Shown here: piece after piece, positions 36,983 through 46,163 of the stretch
How the letters are laid out: the number at the start of each line of letters is the position of its first letter
Numbering within the stretch: position 1 is the stretch's first letter
Source of the DNA: Macrostomum lignano
Lineage: Eukaryota
DNA length: 46,163 nt
Direction of reading: 5' to 3'
NCBI GenBank assembly: GCA_002269645.1
Contig: NIVC01003715.1
Span: 1-46,163, forward strand
Position numbers and translations under genes: made by a program
Notes under the pieces: generated by a model
What the model was told of the DNA's origin: nothing
The model's input: only the letters and a program-made list of their open reading frames with translations
The model's database searches: none

Positions 36983-38226
36983 ACCTCGGACAGTGCACGT
37001 GCACCTACTTGCTTGATTTAGAACTTAGAAGTCCATATAAGGTGATCGCCAAGGGCGGATCGATTTGGGGCCGCCCCCCCCCGCCCAATTTCGGTTATGA
37101 ATTGGTAATTTTTCCGTAAATCCCTAACTAAAAATGTTTAAAGAAAATTTTTACCGGGTTTATGGCGCCCCCACTGACGCCGAGGTCCCCAAAGCCTGAC
37201 ATCTCCTACATGCGCGACACCCATCCCGCCACTTGCCCGTACCCCATAAAGATTTTCAGCGCCCACCAAAGACTAGACAGTAGGGGGTAGTAAAACTGTT
37301 TTGCACGAAATCTGTGATGCCGGGCGTCTCTGCTGCGACTGCTGGCGCCCCTGATGCAACTGCTGGCGCTTCTGGTTGCTCCATGGACACCGGCGCACCG
37401 CCACTCAACTACCACAATGCCGCATACTGTTTGAGTGATCGATGGAAAGGCAGAGAAATGCTTCCTAAGGCATAAGCATCTACTACATGTATAGAGTATA
37501 GGCTCTGCTGTACATCCACTCCGACGTTGCAGTCGATTAGGTTCGGGTAATCGATTGATTTTACATGAGTATAGTAGCCGTCGCATAGATTTTGCAGTGT
37601 AAACTTTGCCGCCCCGCGTGACTGTAAATAACTGACTCTGTTTATTGCCAAAGTTTCTCAGTTTCTGATCTCTGTCGCTCCAAAATGCTCTTTACATGTG
37701 CGCTGACTTGCACTTCCTCTCTCCCTATTCTCTGGTTGATCGATCCATTAAGCAACCAGAGGACCCACTTGGATGGACCATCGACAAAGTTGTCGAAGCC
37801 GGAGTTAGGGGTTGCTGAGGCTAGAGCAAAATTCTCTCTCATAGGATTCGTCTAAAGTTATAAGCCCGTATAACTTCGCTTGTTTCAATTGACCTAACAT
37901 TTCCTGAATTCCTGTGCCTATGTGTCATCAAATTCATATGTTTTCGCAACTGCCAAGTTCAAAATATACATAAAAATATTATATTAAATTCTATTCTACA
38001 CAGTCACTTGAAAAATTAGCTCTCGTTTGGTTTGTTTAGGTTGTAACAATAATGGGTTAAATGCGAAAAAATGCGTTAAATTTTGACAAGCTATAAATTA
38101 TAGCTCGTAGTTAACGATTAGCAAACAGTTAATGATTATGCAGTTGTGACCATCATTGTGATGAGACTACGTATCGTGCAGAAACTGCAGGGTTTTGGAG
38201 GTGAGGTGGGTGTCAGAGGTGGGTGT

Positions 38227-38322
38227 CATTGCAGGATAAACAGGCTGCGGAATCCTGTCAACTGGTGTTACTCGAACAGGGACAGGTAGTATTAGACGTT
38301 CTAATATATCTAGACTATTCAT
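38227..38322 (-). pseudogene. 5' remnant of an adenain-type maturation cysteine protease
   Basis: ATG 57 nt past the MCP stop. With one base restored it reads MNSLDILERLILPVLF(G)VTPVDRIPQPVYPAM, like Polinton protease N-termini, then breaks off before the His/Cys motifs. Confidence 0.5.
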
Positions 38323-38378
38323 ATCGGCATGAATACTCGTATGGCCGTTATTTGGGAATAAAAAAGAGTTGTTTGTTT

Positions 38379-39662
38379 CTACACGTAGTCTAGAATAACC
38401 TGACGACCGCGAGTGATTTGCACAGTACTGTCGAAGTAGCCAAACACCAACACGTTGATTCCTGCGGTTAAGGCAGCAGAAAACTTTATTTGTAGCGTCA
38501 GATTCCCTTGCTCGCGAGGCATGCTATGCCCACCCAGCTCCATGTCGGGCATGAGATTCCAGGCGAAGAAGCAGTAGCCAGCTCCATAGTCGGAATATGA
38601 TACGTCAATATCCAGGTCCCGATTCATTTTTCCTAGGCTTTTTAGTAACATAGCATACTCGCGAGCATAGTTATGAACACCGAATCGAGGAGTAAACGGT
38701 TGTCCACACAGACTGACTCCGTCCTTATACAGAGCCACACTGTCGGCTCCAAATGGCTCAAAATTAAACGGGTTATGTGTAGCCACACCGTTGTACGCGC
38801 CGCTGTTTACCATGCCAACAATCACCAGTTTAGGCTTTTGTTCAGGAAATATATTGTTGATTGACATGTCCCGAACACCGCCAGCCACTGAAGTATTGTG
38901 CACAACAAGTCGCTCAATCGGATAGATTGCATTCTGTTTGCCTAGTTGTTCTTCAATCTCCAATGCCAATTGGGGGTTTGCCTTGACGCGGCGCACATGT
39001 AGTCTGGCACTCTCGAGTACCAGCCGCGCCTCAACCCCGTCCGCGTGGTTTTCCAAAACGAAGCCGGAATTGTGCATAGTTAGCGTAATTACCATATCAG
39101 TGTATGGCAACAGCATTCGGTCGTTGGTAACAAAAAAGTCTAAACTAAGAGGTCCATAAAGGTGAAAGGTGCGTGAGTTTGCCGCCATCGCCTTGCGGGC
39201 TACAAAACCAGGATTTCCAACCACAGCCATTTGTCCTCCAGCGTCCTTTGCGTAGCCCATCATTCTCAGTTGGTTGGTTTTTGAATCGTGTCCGTAATTC
39301 AAACACGTGCGAATATAGGCCTTGTAAGCGTGGTTGTTATTGCTCGACTCTACGTGGGTCCCGTTGATTGTCAACGTGACGTTTTTAAACATGCTTTCAA
39401 GGACGTAATTGACCGGCGCAACATTCGAATCAGCAGCAAGATTTGTGCCATTAGATTGCCTAACGCGGGCCTTAATCTCGAGGTCAATGTCGTTAAGATC
39501 GATAAACGTCTCACCACCAACAATCCTAAATTCGACCACGCTGGCATTTTCAACACTAGCAACAGGGTGAACTTCTTCAGTGGTGGCGCTAATTGCAGCA
39601 ATTTTGTGTGCTCGAGGAGCAAATAGCTCGAATTCCGACTTTGTACACAGGCACTCAGTCAT
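38379..39662 (-). CDS. Polinton double-jelly-roll major capsid protein (hexon-like), 427 aa, intact
   Basis: N-terminal CxKSEFELFxP, DLNDIDLEIKARV, APVNYVLESMF, HAYKAYI, NPFNF, GYCFFAWNL, C-terminal I-x-R-x-x-x-V-I-L-D-Y; typical length. Confidence 0.92.
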   Translation of the reverse strand: MTECLCTKSEFELFAPRAHKIAAISATTEEVHPVASVENASVVEFRIVGGETFIDLNDIDLEIKARVRQSNGTNLAADSNVAPVNYVLESMFKNVTLTINGTHVESSNNNHAYKAYIRTCLNYGHDSKTNQLRMMGYAKDAGGQMAVVGNPGFVARKAMAANSRTFHLYGPLSLDFFVTNDRMLLPYTDMVITLTMHNSGFVLENHADGVEARLVLESARLHVRRVKANPQLALEIEEQLGKQNAIYPIERLVVHNTSVAGGVRDMSINNIFPEQKPKLVIVGMVNSGAYNGVATHNPFNFEPFGADSVALYKDGVSLCGQPFTPRFGVHNYAREYAMLLKSLGKMNRDLDIDVSYSDYGAGYCFFAWNLMPDMELGGHSMPREQGNLTLQIKFSAALTAGINVLVFGYFDSTVQITRGRQVILDYV

Positions 39663-39693
39663 TTTTCTTTCAACAGCGGCTTAGAGTGGTGCT

Positions 39694-40041
39694 CTAATAG
39701 GCAGATCGATTATTGACGCGGGTTTTTTTATTTATAGAGTCAAAAATATCAGAATGTTGGAGTCTTTTTCTAGTTTTTTTGTTAGTCTTCTTTCTACGCC
39801 TTTGACCACCGCCGCTACCTCGTTGTGTGACTGTGTCTTTGAAAGCATCTTTAGCTGCCCGGACAGAGTTGCGCAATGCTGCTTCTTTCAAGTTCCCGCC
39901 TTGATCGAGTGTGTCGCTAACTGTTGTAGCTAGGGCTCGTGTTCCGTGGCGAAGAATATTTTTGCCAAAACTCTTTAAAATTGGCAGGGCAAATCGGGCA
40001 ATGCTGCCAAACAGTGCTCCTCCGATCAAGATTGAAGGCAT
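39694..40041 (-). CDS. Small basic/amphipathic Polinton virion protein between penton and MCP, 115 aa
   Basis: GGALFGSIARFALPILK amphipathic helix, QRGSG motif, Arg/Lys-rich tail; position conserved in Polintons. Confidence 0.7.
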   Translation of the reverse strand: MPSILIGGALFGSIARFALPILKSFGKNILRHGTRALATTVSDTLDQGGNLKEAALRNSVRAAKDAFKDTVTQRGSGGGQRRRKKTNKKTRKRLQHSDIFDSINKKTRVNNRSAY

Positions 40042-40085
40042 ATTGCTGATGAATTGCGGTCTTTAATTCGTGAAAACTTCTTTAT

Positions 40086-41264
40086 TTATAGCTTAATTTC
40101 ACGAATGTTGATCGATAAAACAGTTTTACCAAGAAGAATCCGATCCATTAGCTTGCCCATATCGTCACAGATTTGCACCTCAATGGTTTTACGAGTAAAT
40201 GGGTGCTTCACCAACGGTAAGTATGATAGATTGACAAACTCGTAGTACTCTCGTTCACCGTATACCTTTTCATTCAAAGGAATTGCACCAAGCAGGGCGA
40301 CTTTGACGTCTCCAACAATGGCAGAGTCGACAATGTTTGAATAGATGTACATAGTTTGTACACCATTTGTTAAATCGATTGGTCGTTTAGCGGTCTTTGG
40401 AGTTTCATTAAAAGAATCATCTTCGCGAAAGCCGAGAATGGCAGCAAGCTCACCAATTTCAAATAAAATGTTTTCAATGGGTTTGTACTCACACCGGTTC
40501 AGAAAAGGGTTGTAGCTGAATGCATCCACTCTCGTTGCTGGACTTATTGGGAGCTTTGAAACGACGCTCCAAAGCGCTCCATTAACATAATTTAAGAGCC
40601 CATCGGGCGTGCGGTAGAATCCTTTAGCAATCCGCAGTGACGTTCTACTAGGCCAGACACTTTTTTCAAACGTTAGAGTCATGGGACTCTCTATGGAGGA
40701 GGAGGATTCCAATTCTATAGCGAATACTAAAGAAATTCTTGGGTTTAATAAAAAACTCGTTCCTTCGATATTTGATTTATTTCCAGCGTCATCGACCTTT
40801 TTAAACATGCTGCGCACATTACTGGACAGCCTAATGTTCGCACCATACCATGATTTGTTCACAATCGAAATTTGGCCTTCCTGTGAACGCTCAATGCAAA
40901 TCATCGCATTATTGTATTGCTCATATTTTAGAGCGGCAATGATCGCATCAACCACTTCGTTAGCTGTTGATAGCCCCGCGGGGAGAGAAACCGACGCAAA
41001 TTGCTTATACGTGGAGGCGGGTTTTTCTCTAACCTCAATATCGATCACTTCATCCTCGGGAGTGTTGGTCAGGACATCAACCATTCGATTATCGGGGACG
41101 GTTTTGAATTCTTTACAAAAGTAGATCCGTTCGATGCAGACTTCATGATTCGGAAAGTGGAGGGTGTCGGGCAAATTAATGTCATAATGTGCCGAATTAT
41201 TCTCAGGATAGTGCTCAACGCACGCATTGCTAGGTAGGAAAAGATGCATTGTAATATACCACAC
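40086..41264 (-). CDS. Polinton minor capsid protein (penton), ~390 aa, intact; likely start MHLFLPSN at 41249
   Basis: LPSN...YPENNSAHYDINLP N-terminus; C-terminal MYIYSNIVDSAIVGDVKVALL...YLPL...IEVQICDDMG. Confidence 0.88.
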   Translation of the reverse strand: MWYITMHLFLPSNACVEHYPENNSAHYDINLPDTLHFPNHEVCIERIYFCKEFKTVPDNRMVDVLTNTPEDEVIDIEVREKPASTYKQFASVSLPAGLSTANEVVDAIIAALKYEQYNNAMICIERSQEGQISIVNKSWYGANIRLSSNVRSMFKKVDDAGNKSNIEGTSFLLNPRISLVFAIELESSSSIESPMTLTFEKSVWPSRTSLRIAKGFYRTPDGLLNYVNGALWSVVSKLPISPATRVDAFSYNPFLNRCEYKPIENILFEIGELAAILGFREDDSFNETPKTAKRPIDLTNGVQTMYIYSNIVDSAIVGDVKVALLGAIPLNEKVYGEREYYEFVNLSYLPLVKHPFTRKTIEVQICDDMGKLMDRILLGKTVLSINIREIKL

Positions 41265-41283
41265 GTTTCGACTGTGCGTGTGT

Positions 41284-42355
41284 TCATCCTTGTCTTATAT
41301 TTATAACTTCCTCAACTGGTACAAATGCATTGAACGACTCGGGATAGCCGCGCCAACTAACGAAATGATGAGCGACACCATTGATGACGACATTGCGACG
41401 CAGAATTTTGTCTATAACAAAGCGGTCCGGTCGAACCGTCTTTGAAAGTTCATTATAGTAGAATCGACCCTCGATTTGTTCTCCAGATAGGTCGGAAATG
41501 CGATAAAAATGAGGTGGTCCCGGGCATACTTGAGACACAACGTAAACTTCTTCGCTGTACATATCGTATGCTTCCTTGTCAAAGGCTCGACGAGATTTTG
41601 AAATTCTGACAAAGTCCCCTTTTTGGTAAACTGGTTCATCATATTCAGGATCCTGGTAGAGCTTTTCCCACAATTCTTTTTGGTTGTGCAGACCGACACT
41701 CGAAGGTTTCATGTCAATAGTAGAGTGTACTGTGTTGTTGTAACTTTTAACCAATATTGGCAAATAGTCGATCCAGCGCCACGTGTTTTTGTGCTTAAAG
41801 TAGCGAGCTAAACGTTTTCGGAGAGTTCTAATCAACCTTTCAGCCATATTTGCCTTGTATACAGAGTTTGTGCTGTACATTTTGATACTGTTGGCTTTCA
41901 GTAAGTTCTGCATGCGATTGTTTTAAAACTCGGTACCTCGATCAACGCGTAGATATAAAGGCTTAATAGGGAAGTCTATGATCATGCTTTCAAAAGCCTT
42001 TGGAGTGTCGCTTTTCAATTTTATTGGCTGACAAAAAGCCAATTTACTAAGCACGTCAATTGCAACCAGAATATCGATGACCATCATTCCATTGTTCGTA
42101 TCGTGACATGTCCATCAAATCCGCTTGCACAGTTTCCATGAAGCCTCCTGACATTACTTTTCCGGTTCGGAATTTTCTTTTAACCCTCTTGTGCCGGGTG
42201 AAGCTCGATTGGGTCTTCAGCCATTCGTCGGTTTGGCGTCTCGTCAGGGAGGAGGCCAGCCGTTTGGCCTCCTGATATACACGGGCAGCATTTGTAAAAG
42301 CGGCATCCCCCTGTTCGTACACTCTCCGAAGAGCGGTTTTCACCCTCATTCGCAA
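41284..42355 (-). pseudogene. Polinton retroviral-like (RVE) integrase with C-terminal chromodomain, disrupted
   Basis: QADLMD / VDRGTEF / MAERL D-D-E triad; chromodomain IDKIL...FVSWRGYP. A 2-nt loss near 42070 shifts the frame, and an in-frame TAA at 41923-41925 sits where EFYN is expected. Confidence 0.92.
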
Positions 42356-42486
42356 CTAGAGTCGATGCACAGCATGAGTAATTACACTTGAACTCCACAG
42401 ACGGTTTGTCTGAGCAAAGCTTTGAAGTTAAAGCTGCAGCACCCATGATCCAAAAACAGATTATAAATCATGAAAATGATTTCTAT

Positions 42487-43128
42487 TTATAGTTTTTTTA
42501 ACGTCTCGTATTTTACTGCTGGTTTCTGCCGCCTCTTTGGTTCGCGATGTTGGTATGAAGCATGCCTGTAGGCATCGCTGCCACGATCTTCAAATTTTTT
42601 AACTTCATTCAGGCCACTGGCTCGGTCTTTGTGGAAGTCGTTGTAGAAATCACTAGTTCCAATTGCTTGCTCGACTAAAAAATCGTCTCGATCCGGATCC
42701 GTGCCGATTTCTTTTTTCACGCTGACTTCTTCTTGTTGGTGTCGTCCTAGTAGAGCTTTTGCAATATCTGCCTCTTCAGCCAGGGCCCAAAAAGCGGTAC
42801 TATATTTTGGGCTTGGGCGGTCGCGCCTTTCATCTTCCTTCAGTAGATCGAAAGTATTGCTTCCTGGCCAGGTTTTTCCATCAAATACAATTTCCCACGA
42901 CTTGTTGAGCTCCAAATTTGGGTATCTTTCTGTCAACATGTCCCAATTTCGTTGTTGTCGTTCAGGAAAACGATTACTCTTCTTTTGCTTGATCTGAATT
43001 AGTTTATTTTGGAGTTGAGTGTTGTATTCAATGAGTTTTTCATATTCTGTTTTAGATGCAATTTCTCGGGGTGCGCCTTGACTCAGTCTATTAAATTCTT
43101 CTTCTGGCACAACAACGTATTTATTCAT
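42487..43128 (-). CDS. Conserved uncharacterised Polinton protein (~213 aa; start MNKYVVVPEE)
   Basis: Hydrophobic-VP start and W-E-I-V-F-D-G-K-T-W-P-G-S-N-T-F-D-L motif, as recalled for ORFs directly upstream of Polinton integrases; ATG 1 nt after the preceding stop. Confidence 0.6.
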   Translation of the reverse strand: MNKYVVVPEEEFNRLSQGAPREIASKTEYEKLIEYNTQLQNKLIQIKQKKSNRFPERQQRNWDMLTERYPNLELNKSWEIVFDGKTWPGSNTFDLLKEDERRDRPSPKYSTAFWALAEEADIAKALLGRHQQEEVSVKKEIGTDPDRDDFLVEQAIGTSDFYNDFHKDRASGLNEVKKFEDRGSDAYRHASYQHREPKRRQKPAVKYETLKKL

Positions 43129-43129
43129 T

Positions 43130-43446
43130 TTAGCGACCGAGTAGTCCACCAAACAGGCTTGATATTAGCGGTGCAGCAACAGATGCAAGGATGGGTAGAA
43201 AACCACCGACTTGAGGATTCGAGAGAAGCATATTCTTCTTCCTATTTATAGACAATTTTGTGTCTGCCAATTCACGCTGCGAATCTTCTGTATCGCTTTA
43301 ATCGCAGATACTGTTTCGGAGAAAGGTCAATATTTCCCCCGGAGTCCGTTGTGACTCAATTCACAGAGACAATGAATCAGTTCCTTGTGTAGAGATCTCC
43401 AAACACAGTAGCCTACTGTGTAGCCTACTGTGTAAAGTAGTAACAT
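43130..43446 (-). pseudogene. pX/'cupiennin'-like small virion protein, at least 2 frameshifts
   Basis: Joined frames: ELIHCLCELSHNGLRG(fs)NIDLSPKQYLRLKRYR(fs)ELADTKLSINRKKNMLLSNPQVGGFLPILASVAAPLISSLFGGLLGR*. Confidence 0.75.
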
Positions 43447-45129
43447 AAAATTATGAACACAAATTTAAGAATAGCTATGTGTCATACTCTATTTTTAGTA
43501 ATACCAGTCATATCACGCAAACAGCGAGTGGCTATGCTATTGTTCGAAAAAAACCGGTTCTCGACATCTATTTTTAGAACTTCCAAATATGGTAAATGTT
43601 AACCTGAATGTGACCCAAGTCTCACCCCTTTCTATTCAAAAACCTCACCTGTCAAATAATAAAATTCCTTTCGTGAACTCATCAAAAAACCGGTTTTGAG
43701 CTCAAGGTCGACTCAAGGCCGAAAAATTGTGTATAAATACAAACGCAAAATCCGAGCTAAAATCTCAGACTCGGCAGCCTCCAAAGATCTTGGGCTTTGC
43801 AAGAGCAGCCAACGAGGCTATATCTCTGAGGAAGAGATAAACACCAATTGGAAAGCTTTGTTTGAGACTTCGTTATTTTGATTATTGAGAGCGATTATTA
43901 TTGCCGGCCGTTACCGTTCAGTTGATTTTATTGAGTCTATTTAGTTTGAGGCCTCCCATTTTCCTAAGGGATTGGATAGGATCTGCGGACCGATTCCGAT
44001 ACCCTTAGAGGATTATCGATTGATTGATTTTGGTTATCCTAGATTAACCGATAGGAGCACACGACTCCGATTCCGTTAGATCTAGAAGAAGACGCCCTTC
44101 TTGGAGGTCCTCGTGATTATTACAGAAAGTTGATTTTATTACAAGGGCGCATCGTTGATATTGATTACTGAGCTTAAGGCCTATGTTGATTTGCACTCGA
44201 GGAAATACTGCGACGTCGATTTTATTGTTACGCTCTCACTTTCGGCCGATTCTAGACTTCAAGAAGATTCCTCCGGAGAAGAAGATTGGAAGAAGCAAGT
44301 TCTAAACACGCGCGCAACAAAGAAGAAGAAACAAGGAACGAGCTCGGAGAACCTGCCCGACGAAGAAGAGGAGCCCGCAACAGTAAGTGCACTACATTTT
44401 TGTTCCCAGGCTTAAGTGTCTGGAAGTGGGAGTTTTCGGGGGACTGATCACCTCCCGAATCAACTCTTCACTTGCCTGCACCTCGAATAATTGCCCGCCG
44501 AAGAGTGGGACGGGCTTTGGCGAGCTCTGCGAGCTCGCCGCGACAAGAACATAGTCTGGAGATTCCGTTTGTCATTTTGTTTAGCACAAAGATGTTGGTT
44601 GCAGTGCATCGCAATTTATGCACAATATATTTATAGACAAGTTACATAGCAGCATTACGATTGTACACCAATTTCAGTGCAGTGGTAATTGACAATAAAG
44701 TTACACAACATTTGTGACAGCATTAAAAATCCAAAAGCTCCTGTGAGGAGATGTTGCTAGGTGTCGAGAAGGGTACAAAACAAACAATGGAGACACGTAC
44801 CGATTGTGGAACTTCTTAAATTTTACAATCGCTGCTACGGCAGGATCTGTGTTATCAGAGGGTCATCAATCAAATATTTTTGACAGTTAAAAATCGAAAA
44901 CAGGGTCAATCAACCCCACATTACTTTTGTTGCTGCGTGGTGGAACGTGCCGAGTTGGGGTTTTGTTGCTTAGGGGTGGGGCGATAAAATTGCTGCTGCC
45001 GCCGGGCAATAAATCAAAAGTTTTTGACAGTTTTAAAAAATCCAAGCGGTCAGAATTTTAGAGACCATGCGCATTTTCATTGCAGATTTACAGTGGTTAA
45101 ACAGTAAAGCTACGCAATAGCTATATGGA

Positions 45130-45610
45130 TTAGACATACAAAACGCTAGTCACATGATCGTACATTTGACAGAGCTCTTTAAAGTTTCGTATACCAAGGA
45201 AAACAAGGCGGCCATTCTTTCCGCATAATAAACATTTAGCATTGCGAAATGGAGACTTTATTACTATTCCATTGAAAACTTCGCACTCCCACTTCACCCA
45301 TTGGGACCCTGAGTATGCAATTTGGAAAAAATTTGGCCATCTGTCTACTTCAGCGCGGTAAGTTAACAACAACAGAAATTGGTTTACATTGAGGAAAAAG
45401 ACGCAAAACTTGGTTGACTGAGCGACAACCGAATACAATTGCAGACAAAGAACGCTGACAAAAGTTTATTGTACACTTTCCTATCCTCAAATTGATAAGA
45501 GCTCTTGGTCTGCGAAATGTCCGTGCGCTCGCCCAGTCCAAGTCAGGCATGCGGCTCCATTTCGCGCAAAACACTCGATTCACGCACTCGACGTTCTGCA
45601 AGTAGATTTT
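45130..45610 (-). pseudogene. TBP (TATA-binding protein)-like ORF, one frameshift near 45360, start codon not evident
   Basis: Second half WECEVFNGIVIK...GKNGRLVFLGIRNFKELCQMYDHVTSVL aligns by eye to TBP repeat 2 (YEPELFPGLIYR...[28 protein letters not shown]); first half LQNV...SAIVFGCRS to repeat 1 (LQNI...KMVCTGAKS). Confidence 0.65.
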
Positions 45611-45623
45611 TCGGCAGTTTTCT

Positions 45624-46163
45624 TTACTTCGTATCCTTCTTGGGGGCTTTCGGCCGCTTCTTTGATTCGTTGCTGCTACTACTTTCGATTGATGCTGTCG
45701 CTTTCTGGCCTGATTTTTAGGCACCTTTGGCTGCTTCTCCTTGACAAGCTTTGGTGGTTTCTTTGCTTTCTTGCTTACTTTCTTGGAGCCTACCTTGATT
45801 TTTGGAGGTGGCGTCCAATAGCAACGGTCGAATGCCTGTTTGGCTTCTTCGACAAACTGTAGCTGTTGAATTTTTGGCATTGCGGTCAAAACAGCGTCTC
45901 GAATCACGGCCGTGTCGAGAGTAAACAGAATCCTGTAATAGCCGCTCTTGTTTTTATAATCCTCTACAGGCAGTCCGTTTTGGTCGTACATTTTAAAATC
46001 GCGAGCCAGCCCAACGCTGCACTGTCGCCTCCAAACGCTGGTTGTAGCCCAGAAGAGCTAGACTTTCACTGGAAAGGTGCTCCGCCACAGTGTTGAAAGT
46101 GTAGGGTATGCAGCTCTCAATGTGTTTTTGTGCAATGATGATGAATTCGCGACCTTCGTTGTC
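45624..46163 (-). pseudogene. 3' part of an unknown Polinton-associated gene with Lys-rich tail, ~2 frameshifts, 5' end outside the window
   Basis: Coding-like frames switch near 46020 and at an A5 run near 45716, ending ...SSSSNESKKRPKAPKKDTK*. Confidence 0.45.

Larger units (their letters stand above)
38227..46163 (-). mobile_element. Polinton/Maverick (adintovirus-like) endogenous element, virion/integrase module; left end truncated, right end runs off the window
   Basis: Intronless, closely packed minus-strand ORFs with MCP, penton, RVE integrase-chromodomain, pX-like and adenain-like signatures; no TIR, pPolB or packaging ATPase seen in the window. Confidence 0.92.

Noticed and set aside
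37049-37352. hAT-like MITE (CAAGGGCGG ... CGCCCCTG)
   Set aside because: Termini match only loosely and no 8-bp TSD is present.
38673-43251. Plus-strand ORFs over the Polinton genes
   Set aside because: Antisense shadows of the minus-strand genes with no recognisable motifs.

Overview
Eukaryotic (animal) genomic DNA, very repeat-rich. The (AGAC)n and minisatellite-filled introns suggest a flatworm such as Macrostomum, but that is inference only. Three blocks are visible. (1) 2864-19310, minus strand: a complete, phase-consistent 12-exon gene (3822 nt CDS, ~1273 aa) for a Venus kinase receptor (signal peptide, Venus-flytrap ectodomain, one TM helix, insulin-receptor-like Tyr kinase). Most introns are filled by a different tandem repeat, one intron is GC-AG, and one holds nested mobile-element remnants. 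(2) 24742-36982: a 12.2-kb foldback-type DNA transposon with near-identical multi-kb terminal inverted repeats (4.0 kb and 2.2 kb, each with an internal minisatellite), CACCC...GGGTG ends and a 7-bp target-site duplication ACCTCGG. It carries a frameshifted Merlin/ISXO2-type transposase relic and unidentified cargo. (3) ~38227 to the window end, minus strand: a partly decayed Polinton/Maverick (adintovirus-like) virion module. In coordinate order it holds a truncated protease, intact major capsid protein, small basic protein, intact penton, broken integrase-chromodomain, a conserved ORF and a broken pX-like ORF. Further upstream is a frameshifted ORF that reads as a two-repeat TATA-binding-protein (TBP)-like gene, the most unexpected item in the window.
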